Shown here one piece after another: positions 17,933 through 27,669 of a stretch of 27,798 bases of DNA. Under the pieces are notes generated by a model. It did not search any database. It saw only the letters and a program-made list of their open reading frames with translations, and had not been told where the DNA came from. This stretch comes from Thermoproteota archaeon (GTDB lineage Archaea; Korarchaeota; Korarchaeia; Korarchaeales; Korarchaeaceae): the NCBI GenBank assembly GCA_026986575.1, contig JALSOH010000010.1, positions 1-27,798 of the forward strand, in the 5' to 3' direction. The translations under genes and the position numbers were made by a program. Each line of letters opens with the position of its first letter. Position 1 is the stretch's first letter.

Positions 17933-18610
17933 GTTGCAATAAGGCCCTTGAATGGGGTAGGGTTCAAACGCCTGCTGAGATTGAGAAGGCTGAGGTTCCT
18001 AAGCCTGCCACTGTTGCAATAAGGCCCTTGAATGGGGTAGGGTTCAAACATCGTCCCGACTAAGCCGAGGAGTAAGGAGCCCTACACCCAACTCGTTGCA
18101 ATAAGGCCCTTGAATGGGGTAGGGTTCAAACGGTTCGGCATTCACGATGCGTATACTAGCAATGTGGACTCGTGTTGCAATAAGGCCCTTGAATGGGGTA
18201 GGGTTCAAACCGGTATCAGCGTTGAGGGATACCAATTGCAGTGGTAAGTTCATGTTGCAATAAGGCCCTTGAATGGGGTAGGGTTCAAACAACTATGTGT
18301 AATTATGACCAACCATCCCCTTTCAATGTCCAGCAGGTTGCAATAAGGCCCTTGAATGGGGTAGGGTTCAAACCGCTTGCTTCCACGTACTTGTGATGAA
18401 AGAGCAGGTTTGTGACCTCGTTGCAATAAGGCCCTTGAATGGGGTAGGGTTCAAACCATTCTTCCCTTTTTCAGCTTTAACTCACTAGCTCTAACTTCGG
18501 AGTTGCAATAAGGCCCTTGAATGGGGTAGGGTTCAAACTTCCCAAAGACAGCCCCGAAGACGGTGTTTCCCGCCGTGGTCGTTGCAATAAGGCCCTTGAA
18601 TGGGGTAGGG
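17933..18610 (+). CRISPR. CRISPR array: 8 full 37-nt repeats (GTTGCAATAAGGCCCTTGAATGGGGTAGGGTTCAAAC) plus one 3'-degenerate trailer repeat; 8 spacers of 42-46 nt
   Basis: Repeats start at 17933, 18013, 18095, 18174, 18254, 18337, 18420, 18502 and 18581. The last matches only the first 30 nt. Confidence 0.98.
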
Positions 18611-18805
18611 GGAAATTACTACAATATTCTCTATATTACTTAATTTCATTTCTTCCTTTACTGATTAAGGTGTCGTGAGAGATCCAGATTTGCCCTTATT
18701 AGCGACAAGGTACCGGAAGGAGGAAGTTTACTCAACAGTTTTATTGCTCCCGTAAATTTTCTCATACTTCTCATATTATACATTTTAATTAGATTAGCGA
18801 TCACC

Positions 18806-19723
18806 TTGTTAGGGGGTAGCGTCACGCAGGGCATTGAGATGGAGTTTCGTGCCATCACACCCCTATTGGTGGGTGACTGGTGCGGGAAGGCTAGATGTTC
18901 CCGGAAAGGAAGGAATACTCCAAGCTCTGAGGGTATTGTACTGAGGGCCTCGGAGATAAAGGCCTCATCCCGAGAACTCTTCAGGAACGCGGCCTACCAG
19001 CTCTTGGGTGGTTGGAGGAGCGTCTTGAAGAGAGAGCTGATCCTCTTCGGAGGAGTGGACATCGCTTCCCCTTTCAAGATAAGGATTCAGGCATTAGACT
19101 ATGGGGAGGACCAGAGTTTCCATGACGAGTGGAAGAAAGCCTACGGCTTATTCATCGAGAAAGTAAAGTTCAACTGTGGAAAGAGGGGGAAACACGTGAC
19201 GAGAATGTTCTCCCACTTGGAAACGGGAAAGTACGATAAGTACGTGCTCAGGAACTCGCATTTTTCGGTGAAACTTATTCCAAGGCCGCTGGTCCTGCGC
19301 AGGATTTCCCGAGAGCTGAATGTGGATGAGAACAGCATTCTAGATGTGTATGAAAAGTCGATCACCTACTCCTTGATGCTACTCGGCATCGGGAAGAGAA
19401 GGAGCAGGGGAATGGGCAGGCTTATACGGTCGGATGACGGGGAGGGGATGGGGGATCCGAGTGATCTCTTGGATGAATACCTTAGATCTCTGGGGAAGGT
19501 CCTAGGGATTGGCACCCGACCCTCCTCTAGATTGAGGATCAAGGTACTGATTAGAACTATGGAAAGGTCGGAGGTTCTCTTCACGATATACGCATGCGCC
19601 AAAAGATGCAGACGGTTCAGTGACTGCCCGAGGAATTGCTTCCTCTTCGTGACTAGGGATTCCCAGTACTTGGTAGGCATGCCCCTTAACTTCCATCTTT
19701 TCAAGAAAGGGGTACCTGACTGA
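18806..19723 (+). CDS. cmr1: Second, shorter Cmr1-like RAMP protein
   Basis: FRAITPLLVG, LRASEIKASSRELFR, LFGG...ASPFKIRI and LGIGKRRSRGMG motifs. Confidence 0.78.
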   Translation: MLGGSVTQGIEMEFRAITPLLVGDWCGKARCSRKGRNTPSSEGIVLRASEIKASSRELFRNAAYQLLGGWRSVLKRELILFGGVDIASPFKIRIQALDYGEDQSFHDEWKKAYGLFIEKVKFNCGKRGKHVTRMFSHLETGKYDKYVLRNSHFSVKLIPRPLVLRRISRELNVDENSILDVYEKSITYSLMLLGIGKRRSRGMGRLIRSDDGEGMGDPSDLLDEYLRSLGKVLGIGTRPSSRLRIKVLIRTMERSEVLFTIYACAKRCRRFSDCPRNCFLFVTRDSQYLVGMPLNFHLFKKGVPD

Positions 19724-20250
19724 TTACCTTACAGGATAAAGGAGATTAGCCTTATCTTGAACGGATTTTCCCCTCCTCTCCTCTACTGGAAAGTAAGGCA
19801 ACGTTCTATTGGTGGCGAACTGAAGTATCATCCTGAAAGCCGACGCGGGACCATCGAGTGTGGACAAGACACCCTGTAGGAGGGGCAGCAGGAGTAGAGG
19901 AGCCCTCATAATGATCCCCTCCCCCTCCTGTACTTTCCCGAGATGGATAGAGGGGCATCAAGCAAAGGGGTAGCGGGACCACCTGGTCCATGAACCTCCC
20001 GGTCAGTATGAAATGGGAGAAGGAGATGTATGCAGCCAACATCGAGTTGCTAGCTAGGATCACATAGAGGGCTAGGCGTATTCCCTTCTTGTAGAGGAAG
20101 ATGAGAAAAAGGCAGAGAAGAATACTACATTGTTAACGTCAATGACCCAGATCTCCTCTAGGGAGAGGCTCCAGATATTTACGTTGGTCGGAAAGGGGAT
20201 AATCCGAGAGAGCACCATGCCAAGTAGAACACCCGCGATTGGAAGAACTT
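19724..20250 (-). pseudogene. Probable frameshifted membrane-protein remnant
   Basis: Hydrophobic segments continue across different frames: VLPIAGVLLGMVL..., FLIFLYKKGIRLALYVILASNSML..., RAPLLLLPLLQGVL. Boundaries are approximate. Confidence 0.35.
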
Positions 20251-20533
20251 CTCAGGATATGTCGCGCGTGAGTCTCTGTCAATGCCCGATCCTGCATAAA
20301 AGTGTAAGAGTCTGAGAGGACCGGGAGGTTATGCTCCCACGCAAAGCGACGAGCTGGCTAGGTGGTATCAACCGGCTGCAATACCATCTCCCATTATATT
20401 ATGAACTGGTTTGGTGAAGTATTCCGGTACGGTCGAATCCAACGTTAGATGGAGCCCAGATTTTCTCAGAGATAAATTTCGCGAGTCTTTCATCGAGGAA
20501 AAGTTAATTAGTCCTGATTTCAGCTATCCACTG

Positions 20534-21253
20534 ATGTCCCTGATAGACAAGCTCACAAAAGAGTTAGAGAAGAGTCCAGAGAAGGCCATGAGGTTAGCTA
20601 GGAAACTGATCGAATACATAGAGCCCGAGCTATCGGTATCCGTTCAGATCAGCAGGCTCGCTGAACACATGGAAAGACTTGCGGAGGAGCAGACCAAGAT
20701 ATGGCAGGAGATCAAGGCCATAAAGGCCGACATAAAGAAGATCTGGCAGGAAATAGCAGCCCTTAAGGAGGAGCAGGTGAGGCTGAGGGAGGACTTCAAT
20801 GAGATGCTCGAGGAGATAAGGGGGATCAAGGTCAGGCAGGACAGGTTCGAGAGGGAGCTCACTAGGGTCAGGGAATCCCTCTTCTATGGGTTCGCCCAGC
20901 TCAGTAAGTTCGCGGGCGTGACCTTCGAGCAGTTCGTGAGGATGCTCCTCACGGACCTCTTCAGGAAGTTCGGGGAGATACCGGAGGAGGCCGAGCTGAC
21001 ATCCAAGGTTCTGGACGGGGAGGAGATAGATATATTCTTGGAGGATCCCCTCATAGTGGGTGAGGTCACCGCCTATGCGGAGCCTGACGAGCTGGACAAG
21101 CTATTGAGGAAGGCCAGGAAGGCTGAGGATATTTACGGGAGGAAGGCAAGGCTCATACTGATAGTCGAGACCGCCGACGCGGAGATCGCCAGGGAGCTGA
21201 GGAGGAAGGCCAAGGAGGAAGGGGTGGATCTGATCATAGGTAAGGAGATCTGA
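20534..21253 (+). CDS. Archaeal coiled-coil protein with a C-terminal PD-(D/E)XK-like domain (likely ATG 20534)
   Basis: Heptad repeats (KIWQEIKAIKADIKKIWQEIAAL), then FEQFVR...EIDIF...VGEVT. A GAAAAGTTAATTA BRE/TATA-like element lies about 25 nt upstream. Confidence 0.8.
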   Translation: MSLIDKLTKELEKSPEKAMRLARKLIEYIEPELSVSVQISRLAEHMERLAEEQTKIWQEIKAIKADIKKIWQEIAALKEEQVRLREDFNEMLEEIRGIKVRQDRFERELTRVRESLFYGFAQLSKFAGVTFEQFVRMLLTDLFRKFGEIPEEAELTSKVLDGEEIDIFLEDPLIVGEVTAYAEPDELDKLLRKARKAEDIYGRKARLILIVETADAEIARELRRKAKEEGVDLIIGKEI

Positions 21254-21480
21254 TCTGGTTAGCTTCACACAGTCAGGTCGGGCCTCCCGCTACATCCCGA
21301 TATATGCTGCCGGAAGCCAGACTAGATATCCTTCATTTCCTCCGATCTTCATCCCATCTTGAGAGGATCGAATAGATACTCTACATCCTCCCCTTCCCAC
21401 GACGCTGGAAGCTGTGGCTAATGCATTTTTCCTGAGACTACCAGTGTTAGGAGGATCAACGATCGAGCGCCGGGACTTGG

Positions 21481-21768
21481 TCAGCCTCCCCCCACCGGCG
21501 GGAAGAGGGAGAACTCGTCCCCATCCTCGAGCTTGTCCTCGGGATCAGGCCACCTCCCTCCCCTCATCAGGATGAAGTTCCTCTGCTCCCTACTCCTCTC
21601 AGTAAACCTGCCCCTCAGCTTGGGGAACCTCTCCTCTAAGGTCTTCAGCATGTCCATCACCGTGGCACCATCCGAGAGCTCCAACTCTACCTCCTTCTGG
21701 CCTGTGAGCTCTCTGTAGAGGGCGAAGAGCTTGATCTTCACCCTGATTCCTCTGCCATCCTCCGACAT
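21481..21768 (-). CDS. MoaD/ThiS/SAMP ubiquitin-like sulfur carrier
   Basis: VKIKLFALYRELTG near the N-terminus and LEDGDEFSLFPPVGGG di-glycine C-terminus. Confidence 0.92.
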   Translation of the reverse strand: MSEDGRGIRVKIKLFALYRELTGQKEVELELSDGATVMDMLKTLEERFPKLRGRFTERSREQRNFILMRGGRWPDPEDKLEDGDEFSLFPPVGGG

Positions 21769-21834
21769 CAGTTCCCCCTTTACATCCAACGGTGATGTTA
21801 TTTAGATTGCTCTTCCCCTATAAGAGGTGATAAT

Positions 21835-22712
21835 ATGATCCTCTTTGACTGGGGAACATACAACGGTTTGACCAAGCTTCCCACGCCGCCACTCTGGGCA
21901 TGAAGCTAACTGAGATGCCTCCCCACGATCTCTCGAGGAGGAAGCCCGATGAGTACTTTGAGGGCTACAGGCAGCTCGCCAGAGAGGCCTTCACCACCGT
22001 CACTGCTCATGGACCCTACTACAACGTGGTCTCCACCAGTAAAGCTGTTCAGGAGACCACTACTAGGGCCTTCCTGATCGCGGTGCAGAGGGCGAAGCTT
22101 GCCGGGGCTCAGATATTCAATCTGCACTTGGGCTGGCGCGCCTACATGGATCGCAGGGACATAGAGGTGGCGGGGGAGGTCCTGAAGAAGCTGGCGGAGG
22201 AGGCCGGACCTGACATGGTGATCAGCGTCGAAGTTCCCTACACCAGGAGGATGCACGGCCTCTGGGACGAGATAAGGGAGCTCAGGAGCATTGTAGGAGA
22301 GGACAGACTGATAGCATCTGTACAACTGGAAAACGCGTGGATGCTCGAGACCGGGGCCAGCGAGACCGGGGACTTCGAGGGAGCCAACTCGCAGGCGACG
22401 ACAGACTTCTGGAAGGACGTTCTCAGGCGCACCATGGGAGCTTAGCAGCGGCTACCTCTCCCTCAAGTTCAGCCAAGTTATAGGGTTCGCCCTCGGCAGG
22501 AGGATCCTCAAGAAGAGGGTGCCCTTGGGCAAGGGCTACCCCGACTTGGAACCGCTAGCTCAGGCCCTGGCGAATTCATGGTGAAGGAGGTGAGGGAGAA
22601 GCAGGTTCCCCTGAAGATGCACCTCATATACACGCGCCCCACCGAATCCAAGTACAGAGACACGATAACCCTCTATGCGGAGGTGATGAAGCAGGCAGTG
22701 AAGCACCTATGA
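21835..22712 (+). pseudogene. AP-endonuclease-2/xylose-isomerase-like TIM-barrel gene with three frameshifts
   Basis: ATG 21835 follows a GAGGTGA SD. TAHGPYYN, FNLHLG and ISVE motifs. The reading frame shifts near 21875, 22437 and 22572. The final TGA overlaps the helicase ATG. Confidence 0.7.
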
Positions 22713-24265
22713 GGCTCAAACCTAGGGACTACCAGAAAGAGGCAGCTGAGTGGGCCCTCTGCAGGAAGAGGGCCGTCATCCAGATGCCCACAGGTAGTGG
22801 GAAGACCCTCATAGCTGTGATGTGGATAGAGGGGCTCAAGAGGGAGGGCAGGGCTAGGAGGTTCCTCGTCCTCGAACCGACACGCTTTCTTGTGGAGCAG
22901 AACGCACGCTTCATGAGATCTCAGGGATTGGAAGCCTCTCCGGTCCACGGAAGCCTCCCTAAGAGACTCAGGGACTCGGGTTGGAGGAGCGAGATTGAGA
23001 GACTGATTGGGGAAATCAGGGAATGGGGCTGGGAGGATCCGAGGATAGCTAAGTACCTCCCTGACTGGGAAGCGGAGGTCTACGAGGCCCCCCTGAACGA
23101 TGCCGAGACCGAACTCTACAAGCAGCTAGAAGATATATGGGAGGAGGTAAGCGGAGGCGAGAGGGCCTTGATCGGCAACGCTATTAGGTGGTTCGTCAGG
23201 GACGGGGCTGCAGCACTGAGGGAGTCTGTTGAGAGGGGAGAGAGGTTGAGGGACCTAATCCCAGAGGACGTGATGGCCAATATCTTCAGCAGGGAGGTGA
23301 GGCCAGCTCACAAACTCGAAGCCCTGAGGAGAGCTCTGGCGGATCATGAAGGATTCGAGAAGGCAATTATCTTCGTGGAAAGGGTTGGGATAGCGGAGCT
23401 ACTTCACAGGGAGCTCTCCAGCTTAAACCCCGTCCTCATACTGGGAAGGCGTAGGATCGATCCTGAAGAGGCTCTTAGAAGGGCTAGGCAGAGGGGGAGC
23501 AGAATCCTCGTGTCCACGAGCGCGGGGGAGGAGGGAATAGACCTCCCGGAGGCGGACCTACTAGTCGTGTGGAGCAATATAGCGAGCCCCCTCAGGTTCA
23601 TACAGAGGCTGGGCAGGGTTCTCAGGGCTGCGACCGGGCAGAAGTGGAGGCCGAGGTGGGTGATATACCTCGTAACCCCCGATACGGTGGATGTGGATAG
23701 CCTGCTGGATGGGCTCATGGAGGCCAAGAGGGCCGGGGTGGCCCTGAATGTCGACCCCAAGGTGGTGGAATACCTCTGGAGCCTGAGCAGGAGGAGGCGC
23801 TACTTGGAGCTGCTGGAGGAGCCCATGCCCCTTGATGTGCTGACGAGGGCCTCAGGCGCTCCGAAGGAAAGGGTGAGGGAGGCTCTGAGGTGGCTTGGGG
23901 AGAGGGGCCTCGTTATATACATTCACACTCCCATGGGGAGGATGTACTCCTCGAGAGGTTCCCTAGACAGGCTTCGTGAGAGGTTCGGGAGGTTTTTGAA
24001 ACCTGACTACGAGCTGGAGGGTAAGGCCACCGCAATTCTAGGGGAATCGGCAATATCAGCTAGGGGAGGGTTGGAAAGGATATATAAAAGGCTCTTCAGG
24101 CATCTCAGGAGGTGGGGAAGGTTCGACAGGTTGAGGGTGAGCGTCAGGGTGAGGGAGGGCGGGGTTGAGAGGCTGGTGAACCTCTCTTACTCCTTCAGGA
24201 TCGAGGATCCCCAAGTCCTGAGGCTCATCCTGGACAATGCTTTCTGCAGGGAAGTCCATGGGTGA
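22709..24265 (+). CDS. SF2 helicase-like protein (Hef/XPB-like) lacking motifs II and III
   Basis: Q-motif PRDYQ, motif I PTGSGKT, Ia EPTRFLVEQ, V STSAGEEGIDL and VI QRLGR are present. No DExH box. Confidence 0.75.
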   Translation: MRLKPRDYQKEAAEWALCRKRAVIQMPTGSGKTLIAVMWIEGLKREGRARRFLVLEPTRFLVEQNARFMRSQGLEASPVHGSLPKRLRDSGWRSEIERLIGEIREWGWEDPRIAKYLPDWEAEVYEAPLNDAETELYKQLEDIWEEVSGGERALIGNAIRWFVRDGAAALRESVERGERLRDLIPEDVMANIFSREVRPAHKLEALRRALADHEGFEKAIIFVERVGIAELLHRELSSLNPVLILGRRRIDPEEALRRARQRGSRILVSTSAGEEGIDLPEADLLVVWSNIASPLRFIQRLGRVLRAATGQKWRPRWVIYLVTPDTVDVDSLLDGLMEAKRAGVALNVDPKVVEYLWSLSRRRRYLELLEEPMPLDVLTRASGAPKERVREALRWLGERGLVIYIHTPMGRMYSSRGSLDRLRERFGRFLKPDYELEGKATAILGESAISARGGLERIYKRLFRHLRRWGRFDRLRVSVRVREGGVERLVNLSYSFRIEDPQVLRLILDNAFCREVHG

Positions 24266-24401
24266 CTTTGGACCCCGAACTGCCACGGATCTCATGGAGT
24301 GATATGTAATCTGCGGTTCGTGACGCGAAGGAAGCCTGTCATCCTTCGGTGATGAGCTGAAGTACCGGGGGAGGGGTTAAGAAAACTCGCTGGCTCATCC
24401 C

Positions 24402-25223
24402 TCAGTCTTGGTACTCATCTCCCCTGACCTTCACTAGGAAGTAGTAGGAGCACACTACCAGCAGGGGTACATGCAGTACCGCGTTCCACACCAGCGGTAC
24501 CCAATCGCTCGAGGACAGGCTTCCTCTCACTATCCCGTGGATCGCGCTCCCGATTATTATCGAGGAGAAGGCGATCCCGGGCATAGAGGTCATCCTAAGG
24601 GTTATGGGCCTCAAAGCTCCGGCCTTGCCGGCTACCGTCAGGGCCAATGGTGTGAAAAGGCAGAACGCAACAGAGCCGAATCCGGCCAGGGCGTCCGCCA
24701 CTACCGCGGGGATGGCGAGCACGGGTTGTTTGACTATGGCCTCCCACATCCAGAACCAAGGAGGCTTGTGAGTTGCGGTGGCTGAGAAGGGGGAGATGAA
24801 CGCGAACAATGCCAAGGGGAAGAACCACTTCGGGCCCAGTCCCTCGTATCTCACAGGTTCAAGCAGGTCCTTGAGCCATAAGAGTCCCACCACCACTATC
24901 AGCACCATGTTGGAGAGTATGAAGGCTGCTCTTCCCTCAACGATGGCAGTCGACTGACCCACGCCTATGAGCAGGTAAGCAGCCGCTGCATAGGCGAGGA
25001 AGGACCTCGCTTTCCCCTTTAAGGCCCTGTAAGCTGAGAGGTAGGCGAGGAGGTGCATGATAAAGGAGGGCCAGATGGCCGTCACAAAGCCGTAAATCAG
25101 GGCTGAGCTCAAGATCCTGAACACTAGGTGGTAAGAGGAGTAGGTAAGGCCCTCTCCCTCCACGTAGAGGGGGAGCATGAACGCGAGGAACCAGACCCCT
25201 AAGGCCAGAAGCCTATCTCGCAA
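24402..25223 (-). CDS. Multi-pass membrane protein, unknown function
   Basis: 273-aa ORF with many hydrophobic segments. TTTAAA box about 30 nt upstream. Confidence 0.8.
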   Translation of the reverse strand: MRDRLLALGVWFLAFMLPLYVEGEGLTYSSYHLVFRILSSALIYGFVTAIWPSFIMHLLAYLSAYRALKGKARSFLAYAAAAYLLIGVGQSTAIVEGRAAFILSNMVLIVVVGLLWLKDLLEPVRYEGLGPKWFFPLALFAFISPFSATATHKPPWFWMWEAIVKQPVLAIPAVVADALAGFGSVAFCLFTPLALTVAGKAGALRPITLRMTSMPGIAFSSIIIGSAIHGIVRGSLSSSDWVPLVWNAVLHVPLLVVCSYYFLVKVRGDEYQD

Positions 25224-25890
25224 GTTAACCCCTCTAAATCAAGCGAGAGAGGATTTAAAGGGATCCGTTCCTCTGGATTTCAGAGTCACTCATGGATGCC
25301 CTGAATCGCTTCCGTGCCGTACTTTAGCCCCTTAACGGCCTGAGCGGGAAACGTTCTGGGCGCGTGAGTCAGACCACGTCCGCTTGAACGACCTCAGGGT
25401 TCTCGAAGCCGTCTGTGGGCGGTGAGAGACCGCTCGTTGGGATCATACTGCTGCTGGAGACTCCGCTGCTTGACCCGCAAAAGCCTTAGGTATGTAGGGA
25501 CTGCGGGACCGCACCGGTGGTACTTCAGCGCGCGATTACATAGAGGATAGAGGATGGGACCCAGCGCCCTGAAGGGCTCCTACCTCCGAGATATGGAGGA
25601 CCCTCCTTTAGGAGGGAGAGGGCGGGCTCGGAAGCTGCTGGAGGGGATCAACCTGCCGGAGCTAAGCCCTTGTGAGCATGACTTCCTCAACGAGACGGCC
25701 GATGGCTGGCTTAGGGAAATGCTCAACAATTACTTGAGGAAAATCTGCTTCTTTGTATGGAATGAGGGATCGGCAAGGGAGATCCTGAGGAGGAAGGGAT
25801 GAAGAAGCCCTCTCAGCACAGTGATGCCCGCCGCATTAATAATATTTCAATTCCCAAATATTTTTATATATTTTGATAATTTAAATCCCA

Positions 25891-27099
25891 ATGAATACAG
25901 AGGAGATCCTCGTGCTCCTCAACCCTTGGTGGGAGGGGAAGGGGAGCCCTATAGTTGAGGAATGGCGTAGCAAAAGGGTTAGATGGAGGCCTGGCTGGCT
26001 CAACAGGCTGAGCCTCACCCCTTTCTCCCTGAACATAGTGATCGGACCCAGACTCGTGGGGAAGACCACAGGTCTTCACCTCCTCATAGAGGAGCAGCTT
26101 TCCGCTAGGGATCCGCTCTCCATCCTCTACCTGAACTTAGACTTAGCTCCAAATCTGGATACGTTCAAGTCCCTTCTGGATGCCTACCTAAGGATGAGGG
26201 ATGGGAGGGGTGTGAGGAGCAGTCTGATAATCCTCGACGAGGTGACCAGCGTCCCGGGATGGTGGAGGCTGGTGAAAGGGTACGTAGATGCGGGGGTCTT
26301 CAGGAGGGACTCGCTCATAGTGACTGGTTCGTCCTCCCTCAGGTTGAAGGGTGAGGTGGAACTCTTTCCAGGTAGAATGGGCGGAGGAAGGGAGATAGAG
26401 GCCCTTCCACTCTCATTCAGGGAGTATCTCGCGGTCAGAGGGATCTCGATTGAACAGTCCGAGGAGCCGATCTCGGACATGAGTTCGATCTTCCCGGAGG
26501 CTCCGAAGATAAGAATGCTCTTCAACGATTATCTGAGGACCGGGGGATTTCCCCTTCCCATCAACGAGGATCCCAGAGCCGAGGAACAGCTCATCAGGTC
26601 TCTCGAGGGCGAGATACTGAGGGCTGGGAGGGGCCCTGACATAGCCATGGGGATCATATCACAGCTGCTCAAGGCAGCTCCCTCACCCATATCCTTCAAC
26701 TCGATAGCTTCTAGCCTCTTCATATCTCACAGGACTGTGAGAGAATACGTCGATCTCATGACAGGGCTCATGATCCTTGGACAGGCCCTATTCTTCGATG
26801 GGTCCCCCAAGTTCAGGAAGGAGAGGAAGGTGTTCTTCAGGGATCCTTTCCTAGCCAGGATAATGTCCATCTGGACCGTTTCCGAGTTTCTGGAATCGGC
26901 CCTCTACGAATGGGTGGTCCAGGAGCACCTGCTCAGGAGGTTCGGCTCCGTCTACTACTGGAGGGACTCCTGCGAGGTGGATGTCTTAGCGGATGGGCTC
27001 AAAATCGAGGTAAAGGCAGGGAAACCTCACAGGAGGTATCCTAAAGGAGTGACGGTGCTGGATAAGGAAGAGATACCTCTCTTTTTAGCCCTCATGTGA
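25891..27099 (+). CDS. AAA_14/DUF4143-type ATP-binding protein
   Basis: NPWW, GPRLVGKTT, ILDEV, TGSS, YLRTGGFP, KVFFRDP and EVD...IEVK motifs. Confidence 0.9.
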   Translation: MNTEEILVLLNPWWEGKGSPIVEEWRSKRVRWRPGWLNRLSLTPFSLNIVIGPRLVGKTTGLHLLIEEQLSARDPLSILYLNLDLAPNLDTFKSLLDAYLRMRDGRGVRSSLIILDEVTSVPGWWRLVKGYVDAGVFRRDSLIVTGSSSLRLKGEVELFPGRMGGGREIEALPLSFREYLAVRGISIEQSEEPISDMSSIFPEAPKIRMLFNDYLRTGGFPLPINEDPRAEEQLIRSLEGEILRAGRGPDIAMGIISQLLKAAPSPISFNSIASSLFISHRTVREYVDLMTGLMILGQALFFDGSPKFRKERKVFFRDPFLARIMSIWTVSEFLESALYEWVVQEHLLRRFGSVYYWRDSCEVDVLADGLKIEVKAGKPHRRYPKGVTVLDKEEIPLFLALM

Positions 27100-27288
27100 T
27101 CCCTCGTGAGAAGCGAAGCCGGCTTTCAAGGAAGATTTGGGCGGCAGGTCCATCTCGGGCAGTTTGTCATCTGCTGCGGCGACGTTCAAGCTCTAATTTC
27201 ACGATGCACCTCCACATTCCCCATGTGTATCGACCCTGTCGCCTCGGACCGGTCTCAAGAGATATCGTTCTTCACTGAGAATCCGGAT

Positions 27289-27669
27289 TCAACCGGTAAG
27301 AAGATCTCCCTTCTCGGTTAGGCACTCAACTATCTCTCTTCTCAGGGATTCGGAGATCTCTAGGATCCTCCGCGCCTCTTCTTTAGTGAAGAGGTGAGGC
27401 CTGTGATCGGCTTTCTTCCTCTCGTTATAAAGGAAGAGGTAAGTCTCCTTTACTCTCTTAGCCCTCTCCTCACCGCACTTCCTCTTCATCTCTCTGTAGA
27501 GGGCGTTAGCTATCTTATCGTCCTTGGTGGTCATGAGACCCCTTATCAGGTGCTCGACGGTCAGGCGGAGGGAGAAGTAGGATGCAGACACGGCCTTGTT
27601 GTAGGAGCCATGCTCCACATCCATCCTCGCCTCTTCTAGAAGGACCTCAGCCTTCAGTAACTTTGACAT
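27289..27669 (-). CDS. HEPN-domain protein (HEPN/MNT toxin-antitoxin type)
   Basis: YNKAVSASYF and ERKKADH motifs. Overlaps the upstream partner gene. Confidence 0.85.
   Translation of the reverse strand: MSKLLKAEVLLEEARMDVEHGSYNKAVSASYFSLRLTVEHLIRGLMTTKDDKIANALYREMKRKCGEERAKRVKETYLFLYNERKKADHRPHLFTKEEARRILEISESLRREIVECLTEKGDLLTG

Noticed and set aside
17695-18292. 118-aa and 82-aa minus-strand ORFs with repeated peptides
   Set aside because: Translations of CRISPR repeats and the leader.
21481-21768. Ubiquitin-like protein as part of a Ub-conjugation defence system
   Set aside because: Typical MoaD/SAMP sequence, with no E1, E2 or JAB gene recognisable nearby.
25554-25802. 82-aa + strand ORF
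   Set aside because: Possibly a gene fragment, but no motif or family could be supported.
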